A stretch of DNA of 64,000 nucleotides from Candidatus Dormiibacterota bacterium (lineage in GTDB: Bacteria > Chloroflexota > Dormibacteria > Aeolococcales > Aeolococcaceae). This document shows positions 16,614 to 27,704 of this stretch, piece by piece. Made by a program: the position numbers and the translations under genes. The notes under the pieces were generated by a model. That model searched no databases. It was given only the letters and a program-made list of their open reading frames with translations, and was not told the DNA's origin. The stretch spans positions 697,342-761,341 of the forward strand of contig CAVUQX010000005.1 in NCBI GenBank assembly GCA_963743835.1, read 5' to 3'. Positions within the stretch are counted from its first letter, which is position 1. Each line of letters starts with the position of its first letter.

Positions 16614-17842
16614 CGCAGTGGAATCGCCTCGACGACCGTGCCCTCCGCGATGACCTCGGAGGCCGCCGGAAACACGAGCAGGCAGTCCGCGCGCGTGAGC
16701 GAATGGAGCATCGATGACCCTTGATCGCCGGAGCTGCGAGCGCGGGGCAGCCCGCCATCCTCAGCGGTATGCAGGGTGGCGCGGGTATAGGTCTCGAGCC
16801 CAGGCGGCTTGGACATCGCCTCACCGGTTTGGACACGGACCCGCCGCCGGTGCAGCTCGCGCGCTCCCTGCATGCGCCGGATCACCGGTCGCGCGAAGAG
16901 CTCGAAGGTCACGGAGCTGCTGACCGGATTGCCGGGCAGGCCGATGAAGATGGCGTCACCGAGTGTCCCGATGAGCACCGGCTTGCCCGGACGCATGGCC
17001 ACGCGCCAGGTGGAGATGGTTCCCAGCTCGGCCGCAACCTCGCGGACCCAGTCATGGTCGCCGACGCTGACCCCGGCACTGCTGACCACAACGTCCGACG
17101 AGGACGCCGCCTCCAGCAGTGCTCGCACCGAGTCCTGCGAATCACGTGCGATGCCGAGGAAGGCCGGAACTCCGCCGGCCTCGAGGACGGCCGCGGTAAG
17201 CATGGGAGAGTTGGAGTCCACCAGCTGTGCGGGACCGGGAGGGGTGCCTGCCGGCACGAGCTCGTCGCCGGTGGCGAGCAGGGCGACGCGCGGTCGCCCG
17301 CCCACGAGAAGACGGTCGTGACCGAGCGCTGCGGCGACACCGATATCGATGCTGGTCAACTGCTGCCCGGGCTGGATCAGCGTGTCTCCGGCACGGACAT
17401 CGGCGCCGCGAGAGCGCACGCTCGTCGCACGAGGTGTCGCAACTTGAATCATCACCGCCGCGCCGTCGCGCGATGTGTCCTCCTGCCGCACCACGGTGTC
17501 GGCGCCTTCGGGCATCGGCGCACCGGTCATGATCCGCATCGCTGTTCCCACGACCAGCGCGTCGGGAATGGCGCCGGCTCGGGATTCACCGAGAACCGGG
17601 AGGCGAATCGGGGCTCCGGTCGACGCATGCGCGATGTCCGCAGCTCGCACGGCGTAGCCGTCCATGGCGGAGTTGTCGAAGCCCGGGAGGTCGGCGCGCG
17701 AGGAGACCGGCTCGGCAAGGATCCGTCCGATAGCGGCATCGAGGCCGATCATTTCAGGTGCGATCAGGCCGACCTGGTCGAGGAGACGCGCCTGGGCACC
17801 GGCGACCAACTCGAGGTCGTTGGACACGGCGTGCGTCAACAT
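16610..17842 (-). CDS. moeA: molybdopterin molybdenumtransferase
   Basis: AIGRILAEPV...PGFDNSAMDGYAVRA, LLATGDELV, GVSVGDHDWV, PGNPVSS. ATG 17842 is preferred over the ORF-track start at 17926. Confidence 0.85.
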   Translation of the reverse strand: MLTHAVSNDLELVAGAQARLLDQVGLIAPEMIGLDAAIGRILAEPVSSRADLPGFDNSAMDGYAVRAADIAHASTGAPIRLPVLGESRAGAIPDALVVGTAMRIMTGAPMPEGADTVVRQEDTSRDGAAVMIQVATPRATSVRSRGADVRAGDTLIQPGQQLTSIDIGVAAALGHDRLLVGGRPRVALLATGDELVPAGTPPGPAQLVDSNSPMLTAAVLEAGGVPAFLGIARDSQDSVRALLEAASSSDVVVSSAGVSVGDHDWVREVAAELGTISTWRVAMRPGKPVLIGTLGDAIFIGLPGNPVSSSVTFELFARPVIRRMQGARELHRRRVRVQTGEAMSKPPGLETYTRATLHTAEDGGLPRARSSGDQGSSMLHSLTRADCLLVFPAASEVIAEGTVVEAIPLR

Positions 17843-18037
17843 CGTCAGAGCTCTGATCCTCCACCCTGGGTCTGGAGTCCGGCAACCATCATAGACACCG
17901 TCGCCACAAGGGTATTTCAGGCTCACCCGTGCGCGCCGTGAGCATTTTCGACGTAGCCCCTCGTGGCGTACGCTAGTCCACTATCCGATGGCGGACCGCT
18001 CCTCGAGACTACGTGGGTTCACTCCCGGAGGTTTTGG

Positions 18038-18916
18038 ATGTTCCCAGCCGCATTCGACTACATCGCGCCGGGGGCGCTGGACGAGGTGCTCAGCCTGCTG
18101 GCTCAGCATGGTGACGATGCGAAGGTGCTCGCCGGAGGGCAGAGCCTGATCCCGCTGCTGAAACTGCGATTTGCGGCCCCTCTCATCGTCATTGATATTG
18201 GGCGAGTCGACGGTCTCGAGGGAATTCGTCGAGAAAACGGGCACGTGCGCATTGGAGCGCGCACTCGCCATCGCGATGTCGAGAGTGCCACCGACCTGCG
18301 CGGGACGCTCGATGTGCTCCTCGACGCAGCACCACTCATCTCCGATCCGCTGATCCGGAACATGGGGACCATCGGCGGGTCGATCTGTCATGCGGATCCC
18401 GCCGGCGACTGGGGTGCGGTGATGCTCGCAGTCGGCGCAGAGTTCGTCGTCAGGTCCGCAGGCGGGGAGCGCGTGCTGCCGGCGGCAGGATTCTTTCAAG
18501 GTCCGTTCACCACCGGACTCGAATCGAACGAGGTGATGACCGAGATCCGGATCCCGGTCGTCACCGGGAAGTCGGGTGGCACGTATCTCAAGCTCGAGCG
18601 CAAGATCGGCGACTTCGCGAGCGTCGCGGCCGCCGTCCACGTTGTGCTCGGTGACGATGGGCGCATCGCAAGCGCAGGCATCGGCCTGTGCGCCGTCGGT
18701 GCGCACAGCATCAAAGCCACTGCCGCGGAGTCAGCGCTCGTGGGTCGGGAACCGACGGACGAGGTGATCGCGGAAGCGTCCCGGCTGGCGGGTGACGCGG
18801 CCGAACCGAAGGCGGACATTCGAGGGAGTGCGGAGTACAAGCGCGACGTTGCACGCGTCTTCGTGCAGCGCGGCCTGCATACCGCGATCAATCGCGCCCA
18901 GGGAGCAGCGGCATGA
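18038..18916 (+). CDS. coxM: CO dehydrogenase medium (FAD-binding) subunit
   Basis: MFPAAFDYIAPGALDEVLSLL...AKVLAGGQSLIPLLKLRF. GGAG 8 nt upstream of ATG 18038. Confidence 0.85.
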   Translation: MFPAAFDYIAPGALDEVLSLLAQHGDDAKVLAGGQSLIPLLKLRFAAPLIVIDIGRVDGLEGIRRENGHVRIGARTRHRDVESATDLRGTLDVLLDAAPLISDPLIRNMGTIGGSICHADPAGDWGAVMLAVGAEFVVRSAGGERVLPAAGFFQGPFTTGLESNEVMTEIRIPVVTGKSGGTYLKLERKIGDFASVAAAVHVVLGDDGRIASAGIGLCAVGAHSIKATAAESALVGREPTDEVIAEASRLAGDAAEPKADIRGSAEYKRDVARVFVQRGLHTAINRAQGAAA

Positions 18917-19397
18917 AGGTGACGTTCGAGATCAACGGAGCCGAGAAGAGCGTCGACGTCGAGCCGCGCACGCTCGTCGTCGACCTCATTCGCACCAAGC
19001 TGGGGATGACCGGAACGCACATCGGGTGCGACACGAGCAACTGCGGAGCCTGCACCGTGCTGCTCGAAGGCCGGCCGGTCAAGTCGTGCACGTTGCTCGC
19101 ACCGATGCTCGAGGGCAGGAAGGTCACCACCGTCGAAGGCCTGGCCAAGGGCGGCACGCTCGATTCGATCCAGGTGGGCTTCCACGAGGAACACGGCCTG
19201 CAATGCGGGTTCTGCACCCCCGGCATGATGCTTGTCGGCAAGGCGCTCATCGACGCCAACCCCCATCCCACCGAAGACGAGATTCGCTGGGGGATCAGCG
19301 GCAACATCTGCCGCTGCACGGGCTACATGAACATCGTCAAGGCGATCCAGCACGCCGCCGCTGCGAACGCCGCCAAGAACACCGCAGGAGTGGCGTG

Positions 19398-19398
<1 letters not shown>
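18913..19398 (+). CDS. coxS: CO dehydrogenase small [2Fe-2S] subunit
   Basis: GCDTSNCGACTV and CGFCTPGMM ... CRCTGY cluster motifs. Confidence 0.9.
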
Positions 19399-21776
<2,378 letters not shown>

Positions 21777-22747
21777 ACGATCGCCTGGTGAGCCTGCTCG
21801 CAGAGAACGCCGCGTCGGGGCGTCCGTGCGCACTCGCCACCGTGGTGCGCACCGAATCACCGACGTCGGCGCATCCCGGCGACAAGGCCGTGATCACCGA
21901 CGACGGCGTGCTGCACGGGTGGATCGGCGGCAGCTGTTCGGACGCGCTCGTGCGCCGCGAAGCGCTCGTGTCGATGAGCGACGGCATGCCCCGGCTGGTC
22001 CGCATCCGCCCCGACGTGGAAGCGGTCGAGACACGCAATGGAGGTGAGCTCACCGTGGCCACGACGTGCCCGAGCGGCGGGACGCTCGACATCTTCATCG
22101 ACCCGCACCTCCCCAAGCCGCTCCTTGTGGTCATCGGGGAGAGCCCTGCCGCACGGACGCTCGTCGAGCTTGGCCGCGTCGTCGGTTACCGAACGTGCGG
22201 TGTGCATCCCGGCGCATCCCACGCGGATTTTCCCGGCGCGGACCGGGTGCTCGGCAGCCTCGACCTCAGCTCGCTCACCGGCGAGAGGGACTGCTGGGTC
22301 GTGGTCGCCACCATGGGCCACTACGACGATGACGCCCTGCAGGCCGCATTGACCCTCCTTCATGCGGACGTCGCGCTGGTCGCCAGCGTGCGCAGATCGG
22401 CATCGGTGATGGCCACACTCAAGGGGCGGGGCGTGTCCGACGCGCAGCGGGCTCGGGTTCGTGCTCCTGCCGGGGCGCCGCGTGCCGGAGCGCAGGAGGA
22501 GATCGCTCTCCATGCCCTCGCCGAGGTGGTGGCCCTTCGTCACGAGCGCGTGATCGCGAACCCCGTTCCCGCGCCCGAGGCGATCATGGGGTTTGCCGTC
22601 GACCCGGTCTGCGCAATGACCGTCGACACCCGGGACGCCGCCCACACCGCGATCCACGACGGGCAGACCTATTTCTTCTGCTGCTCGGGATGCCGGGAAC
22701 AGTTCGTCGCGGGCCCGGCACGGTTCCTCCGAGCCGCCGCCGGCTGA

Positions 22748-23350
22748 GTGGTCCGGTCGAGGACGGCGGGGATCATCCTCGCCGCCGGGGCATCGCGCCG
22801 TATGGGGGAACCGAAGCAGCTTCTCCCCGTGCATGGGAGGCCGCTTCTCGAGACCGCTCTCGCCGCCGCGTGCAACTCGCAGCTGGACGAGGTGGTGCTC
22901 GTCCTCGGCGCTCACGCCGATGACATCCGGCGGTTGGTGCGCCTCGGCCGCGCCCGCGTGGTCGTCAATCGCGATTACGTCCAGGGCATGAGCACGTCGC
23001 TCAAGACCGGGATCGCCGCACTCGGAGCCGAGGTGGATCGTGCAATGGTCATCCTCGGCGATCAACCGGACATCACCGCCGAGGTTGTCGACCGCCTCCT
23101 CGAGGCTCAGGCGGTCTCCGGCCTCCCCGCCGCCGCGCTCAGCTTCGACGGTTTGCTTCACCCCCCGGTCGTGCTTGCCCGCGAGCTCTGGGGTGACATC
23201 GAGGCACTCGAGGGTGACGTCGGATGCCGGGCTCTGGTGCGCGCTCACCCCGAGCTGGTCGCGGCCGTAGCGGCTGACCGGCCGGGCGGGCACCCCATCG
23301 ACATCGACACTCGTGAGGACTTCGAACGCCTCGCCGCTGACCCTGTTTGA
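22748..23350 (+). CDS. mocA: MobA-like NTP transferase, probable Moco cytidylyltransferase
   Basis: AGIILAAGASRRMGEPKQLLPVHGRPLLE. Located directly after coxMSL-xdhC. Confidence 0.7.
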   Translation: MVRSRTAGIILAAGASRRMGEPKQLLPVHGRPLLETALAAACNSQLDEVVLVLGAHADDIRRLVRLGRARVVVNRDYVQGMSTSLKTGIAALGAEVDRAMVILGDQPDITAEVVDRLLEAQAVSGLPAAALSFDGLLHPPVVLARELWGDIEALEGDVGCRALVRAHPELVAAVAADRPGGHPIDIDTREDFERLAADPV

Positions 23351-23401
23351 GGCTCTGGTAGTCTCGCTCGGTTCCGGTCGCGACCCCAGGAGGTAGGTGA
23401 G

Positions 23402-24685
23402 GTGCCAGCACTCGTCGTCGTGGTCGACCGGCTCATCGATGGCACCGGGCGCGACCCGCTCGAGCAAGCGGCAATCATCATCGAGGACGGCCGGATCGCT
23501 GAGGTGGGGGAACGCTCATCGCTCAGGATTCCCGACGACGCCGAGGTCTTCGAGCATGACGACCTCACCCTGCTCCCCGGGTTCATGGACATGCACGTCC
23601 ACCTGGCGACGTCGGGCACCAACCTCGTGCGTTTTCTGATGACGCCACCGTCGCTCGCGCTCCTCGAATCGATCCCCAACTGCGCCAGGACTCTCGCGGC
23701 CGGGGTGACCACGGTGCGAGACGCCGGCAACACGCCGGTCGGCGTTCGCCTGGCGTCGGAGGCGGGGTACTTCCCCGCGCCACGCATGGAGCTCGCGATC
23801 GGCCTGCTGAGTCAGACCGGCGGCCATGGCGACGACTGGATGCCGTGCGGTGTGCACCTCTGGTCCGACATCGACGTGCCCCACCCCGTCGTCGACGGCG
23901 TTGACGGGATGCGGCGCAAGGTGCGTGAGGTGCTCCGCGCCGGTGCCGACTGGATCAAGTTGTGCACCAGCGGCGGTGTGCTGAGCCCCGGCGACCTCCC
24001 CGACCACGCACAGTTCTCGGTCGACGAGATCCGTGTCGCGGTGGAGGAGGCGGCTGTGGTCGGCAAGCGCGTCATGGCGCACGCCATGTCCCCCGCCGGG
24101 ATCCACAACGCGCTCATCGCCGGGGTCACCAGCATCGAGCACGGATGCCTGCTCGATGAGGAGGGCATCGCCTTGATGAAGGAGAAGGGCGCGTACCTGG
24201 TTCCCACGCTGGTCGCGCCCGGTGACGTGGTCGCCGGGGCGAAGGCCGGTGGCGGCGGACTGCCACCGGAGATGGTGGAGAAGGCCGAACGGATCGGCGC
24301 GCTGCATCGCGCCGCCGTCGCAGCCGCGATCGCGGCTGGGGTCAAGGTCGCCATGGGCACCGACGCGGCGGTCGGACCCCACGGGACGAACCTGCGCGAG
24401 CTCGGAATGATGGTCCGCTGCGGGATGACCCCGATGCAGGCGATCGTTGCCTCGACCGCGGTGCCGGCGGAGCTGCTCCGGCGTGCCGATCTCGGCACCC
24501 TCCAGGCCGGGAAGATCGCCGATGTCGTCGCGGTGCGCGGCGACCCGCTCGAGAACATCGACAGCCTCGCTGACCCTGCGCAGATCCGGCTGGTGATCAA
24601 GGATGGCCGGATCGCGTACGACTTCCGGGATCGGGCGGCGAGAGATCAGTCCTGGTCGGTGTCGTCACCGAGGGCAGCCTCGTAG
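23402..24685 (+). CDS. amidohydrolase-family metallohydrolase
   Basis: LLPGFMDMHVHL metal motif, KLCTSGGV, VMAHAMSPAG, SIEHG. AGGAGG lies upstream of GTG 23402. Confidence 0.8.
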   Translation: MPALVVVVDRLIDGTGRDPLEQAAIIIEDGRIAEVGERSSLRIPDDAEVFEHDDLTLLPGFMDMHVHLATSGTNLVRFLMTPPSLALLESIPNCARTLAAGVTTVRDAGNTPVGVRLASEAGYFPAPRMELAIGLLSQTGGHGDDWMPCGVHLWSDIDVPHPVVDGVDGMRRKVREVLRAGADWIKLCTSGGVLSPGDLPDHAQFSVDEIRVAVEEAAVVGKRVMAHAMSPAGIHNALIAGVTSIEHGCLLDEEGIALMKEKGAYLVPTLVAPGDVVAGAKAGGGGLPPEMVEKAERIGALHRAAVAAAIAAGVKVAMGTDAAVGPHGTNLRELGMMVRCGMTPMQAIVASTAVPAELLRRADLGTLQAGKIADVVAVRGDPLENIDSLADPAQIRLVIKDGRIAYDFRDRAARDQSWSVSSPRAAS

Positions 24686-25701
24686 GGAGGAATCCGCCAG
24701 GCCGCCTCCTTGCCGAGCAGCCCTCCGTGGCCGAGCGACGCGAGGTATGCGGGGTCCAATGGGAGGCCGGCGTGGAGACGCGCGATCAGCAGATCGAGCG
24801 CGCTCCGGCGAGAGAACATGCCGCACGACGCCACCCCGATCACCGGCCTGCCCAGCAGCTCAGCGATCCAGTAGCTGCTGCCCGGGTGCATCGGCAGGCC
24901 GCGCCGGATGGAGGTCGCTCCCGCGGCGATGAGGCTCTGCCAGGTCACGTCGAGCGGATCGACCGACGCAACGCCGACGGCGAGGACGACATCAGCCGAG
25001 GCCGCGGCGTCGATCAGCGCCTTGCGAACTTCGTCGGGGCTGTCGTCGACGTAGCGCACCGGCTCGATGCTTCCTCCGAACCAGCTGCTGCGGAGGGTCA
25101 ACGACTGCTCGAAACGCGTCCGTGCATCGTCGGTGAGCTGCTGCCGCACGATCGCCGCCACGCGCAAGGGCAGGAACGGTCGGACGCTGACGATCCCAGC
25201 CTCGCCCCGGGCGGCCAGCGCGCCGCGCTCAGCCTGCTCAAGTGACCATTCCGAAATCGCGAGTGGCGTGATTTTGACCCCGGCCAGCGTTCTCCCCGTG
25301 TCGACGTGCAGGCCGTCAGGCACGGTGAACACGGTGACCCCGTCGACCGCGTTCACCGCCGCAAGCGCCGTGGTATCGACGCTGACCATCCCACGCCACG
25401 AGGCGACCAGGCGCGCCTGCAACTCCACCGGCGGCCGGGCGAAGGTCCCCGGACCGGCGATCGCCGTCGCCATGCGAATCGCCGCCGCGTCCTCGCCGAC
25501 GTCACCGTCATCGAGCCAGAGCACGTGCAACTCCTCAGGCGTTGCTTTGCGGAGGGCCTGCTCGTGGGCGGCGGAGAGCACTGTTCCCTTGAGGAGCACC
25601 GGGTGGCCGTTCGGGTCCAGGACGTCACGGCAGAGGACGGCGCCGGCCCACTCCGATGAGGGCCCGTCGACCGCTGAGGCGGGAAGGACCTCCAGCCTCA
25701 C
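24646..25701 (-). CDS. molybdopterin-binding (MoCF_biosynth-like) domain protein
   Basis: C-terminal VVLAVGVASVDPLDVT...GLPMHPGSSYWIAELLGRPVIGVASCG resembles MoeA/CinA-type MPT-binding domains. GTG 25701 overlaps the upstream xdhC stop (GTGA). Confidence 0.55.
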   Translation of the reverse strand: MRLEVLPASAVDGPSSEWAGAVLCRDVLDPNGHPVLLKGTVLSAAHEQALRKATPEELHVLWLDDGDVGEDAAAIRMATAIAGPGTFARPPVELQARLVASWRGMVSVDTTALAAVNAVDGVTVFTVPDGLHVDTGRTLAGVKITPLAISEWSLEQAERGALAARGEAGIVSVRPFLPLRVAAIVRQQLTDDARTRFEQSLTLRSSWFGGSIEPVRYVDDSPDEVRKALIDAAASADVVLAVGVASVDPLDVTWQSLIAAGATSIRRGLPMHPGSSYWIAELLGRPVIGVASCGMFSRRSALDLLIARLHAGLPLDPAYLASLGHGGLLGKEAAWRIPPYEAALGDDTDQD

Positions 25702-26774
25702 CCGACAGGGGCCGCGGGAGCGGCAGACAGCGACCCGGCGTTCCGGCCTCGGCGCACGGCAACGATCTCGGCGAGGATGGCGATGGCGATCTCCTCGGGC
25801 GTGGCGGCTCCGAGGTTGAGCCCGACTGGGCTGTGAATCCGTGCGATGTCCGCGTCGGCGAAGCCCGCCTCGCGGAGCCTGGCGACGCGCTTGGCATGAG
25901 TTCCGCGGCTCCCGATCGCGCCGATGTACCCGGTTTCGGTGCGGAGCAGTGCACTCAGCGCCGGGTCCTCGAACTTCGGGTCGTGGGCGAGGCACACGGC
26001 GGCATCGCGCGGTCCGAGGTCGAATCGGGGCAACGCTTCATCCGGCCATGCGGTGACCAGCTGTTCGGCGTCCACGATGCGTTCGACGTTGTTGAACGCC
26101 GTGCGGGGGTCGACCACGGACACGGTGAATCCCGCGGCGCGAGCCATGGTCGTGAGCGAGATGGCGATGTGCACCGCCCCGATGACCACCAGCTGGGGCG
26201 ACGGAACGATCGGATCGACGAAGACGCGCACGCCGGCGATCTCCTCGACACCGGGAAGTCCGGATGCGATGCGCGGGCGCGCCGCCGCAACGGCTTCGGC
26301 CGTCGTGGACGAGCCACCGAGGCTGCCGACCATGCCGCCGTCCGCCGTTGCCGCGGCGCGTTTGCCCGCCTGGTCGCCGTCCAGGGCGGTGAGCAGAGCC
26401 ACCGGCCGCGACGTCTCGATCGCGCGCCGGACCTCCTCGATCACGGGATCCGACCCATCACCCTCCAGCGTCTCGACAAAGATGTCGACCTCGCCGCCGC
26501 ACGACAGCCCGACGGCCCAGCCCATCTCGTCACTGATGCCGTAGTGCAGGAGCCGCGGAGGGGCATCACCCGCGATGGTCGCCTGCGCCTCGAGCACGAC
26601 CGCGGACTCGAGACAGCCGCCGCTCACCGAGCCGGCCATCCGACCGTCGCGGCTCACCAGGAGGCGCGCGCCCATGGGGCGGGGGGTTGACCCGGACGTG
26701 CCGACGACGGTCGCCACCGCCACCAGCGGGTCACTCTCACTCCATTCACGAAGTGTCGGAAACAGCTCTCGCAC
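25698..26774 (-). CDS. XdhC-family Moco insertion chaperone (second copy)
   Basis: VAVATVVGTSGSTPRPMGARLLVSRDGRMAGSVSGGCLE, GLSCGGEVDIFVE, LVVIGAVHIAISL. GTG 26774 is preceded by GGGAGGGGG. Confidence 0.8.
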   Translation of the reverse strand: MRELFPTLREWSESDPLVAVATVVGTSGSTPRPMGARLLVSRDGRMAGSVSGGCLESAVVLEAQATIAGDAPPRLLHYGISDEMGWAVGLSCGGEVDIFVETLEGDGSDPVIEEVRRAIETSRPVALLTALDGDQAGKRAAATADGGMVGSLGGSSTTAEAVAAARPRIASGLPGVEEIAGVRVFVDPIVPSPQLVVIGAVHIAISLTTMARAAGFTVSVVDPRTAFNNVERIVDAEQLVTAWPDEALPRFDLGPRDAAVCLAHDPKFEDPALSALLRTETGYIGAIGSRGTHAKRVARLREAGFADADIARIHSPVGLNLGAATPEEIAIAILAEIVAVRRGRNAGSLSAAPAAPVG

Positions 26775-26810
26775 GACATGAGTATCCCCCTCCCGTGGCG
26801 GGACGGGACA

Positions 26811-26947
26811 GCAGAGAGAGGGAGGGGCGTGTGCTGCGGCGGGCACGCGGTCGGGACGCCTTCGCCGTCCCGCCGCTCGCTCTCGCCGGGGTGTTAACCC
26901 CGGCTGCGAGACGGCCCGCCTCCGCACACGCCCTTCCCTCTCTCTGC
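26811..26947. repeat. 137-nt imperfect palindrome predicted to fold as a three-way junction; candidate cis-regulatory RNA/operator
   Basis: 34-nt arms at 26811-26844 and 26914-26947 pair with 31 WC + 1 G-U + 2 mismatches. They enclose hairpins at 26847-26876 and 26881-26911. Lies in the divergent gap between xdhC (-) and coxG (+). Confidence 0.6.
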
Positions 26948-26984
26948 AAGCCGGCCCTCGGTACCAGGATGCACAATTCGGTGA

Positions 26985-27704
26985 ATGGAAATCGAAAACT
27001 CTTTTGCCGTCAGGGCGGCGCCCGACCGGGTCTATGAGTTTCTGCTCGACGTGAACAACGTCGTGAGCTGCGTTCCCGGTGCCGAACTGTCCGAGGTGGT
27101 CGATCCCAACACGTTCAAGGGCAAGGTTCGGATCAAGGTCGGGCCGGTCACCGTCAGCTACAACGGCACCGCTCGGATCACCTCGCGCGACACCGCTGCG
27201 CGCACGGCGACGCTCGAGGCGGAAGGCCGCGAGACGACCGGTTCGGGGACGGCGCAGGCGACCACCATCATGGCTGTCGCCGCGGATGGTGAGACATCGA
27301 AGGTCACGTTGACCACGGACTTCACGGTGGTGGGCAGGATTGCCCAGTTCGGCCGCGGCATCATGGAGGACGTCTCGCGCCACCTGGTCGGACAGGCGGC
27401 GGCATGCATTCAGTCGAAGCTCGAGGCCCCACCACCGACCGCGGCGCCGGCATCCGGATCGTCCTCGCCGGGAGGCAACTCGTCGTTCAGCGCCCCGGCG
27501 GCCGCACCTTCGCCGGCGCCGTCGCCGTCTGAGCCGGCATCGCTTGACGCACTGGCACTCGGACGCGCTGTCGCCATGGAGCGCATGAGCAGGTTGAAGG
27601 TCCGGCCCCCGATGATCGCCGCGGCGTTCGCGGGACTGATCAGCCTCCTGCTGCTGCGCCGGGTGCGCCGCTCGCGGCGACGGCGCCGCGAGGCGAACGG
27701 CTGA
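26985..27704 (+). CDS. coxG: CoxG-like SRPBCC protein with Pro/Ser/Ala linker and C-terminal TM anchor
   Basis: MEIENSFAVRAAPDRVYEFLLDVNNVVSCVPGAEL...KVGPVTVSYNG. Tail IAAAFAGLISLLLLRRVRRSRRRRR. Confidence 0.8.
   Translation: MEIENSFAVRAAPDRVYEFLLDVNNVVSCVPGAELSEVVDPNTFKGKVRIKVGPVTVSYNGTARITSRDTAARTATLEAEGRETTGSGTAQATTIMAVAADGETSKVTLTTDFTVVGRIAQFGRGIMEDVSRHLVGQAAACIQSKLEAPPPTAAPASGSSSPGGNSSFSAPAAAPSPAPSPSEPASLDALALGRAVAMERMSRLKVRPPMIAAAFAGLISLLLLRRVRRSRRRRREANG

Noticed and set aside
16721-17941. 406-aa plus-strand ORF. Similar shadow ORFs occur at 25656..26690, 28836..29837, 46536..47444 and 58978..60435.
   Set aside because: All are antisense to genes with strong family motifs (moeA, xdhC, coxD, tauE, GGDEF) and have biased, low-complexity composition.
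26811-26947. Calling the palindrome a bona fide Moco riboswitch
   Set aside because: I cannot reproduce the Rfam consensus from memory with enough accuracy. It is reported only as a structured candidate to be tested with a covariance model.
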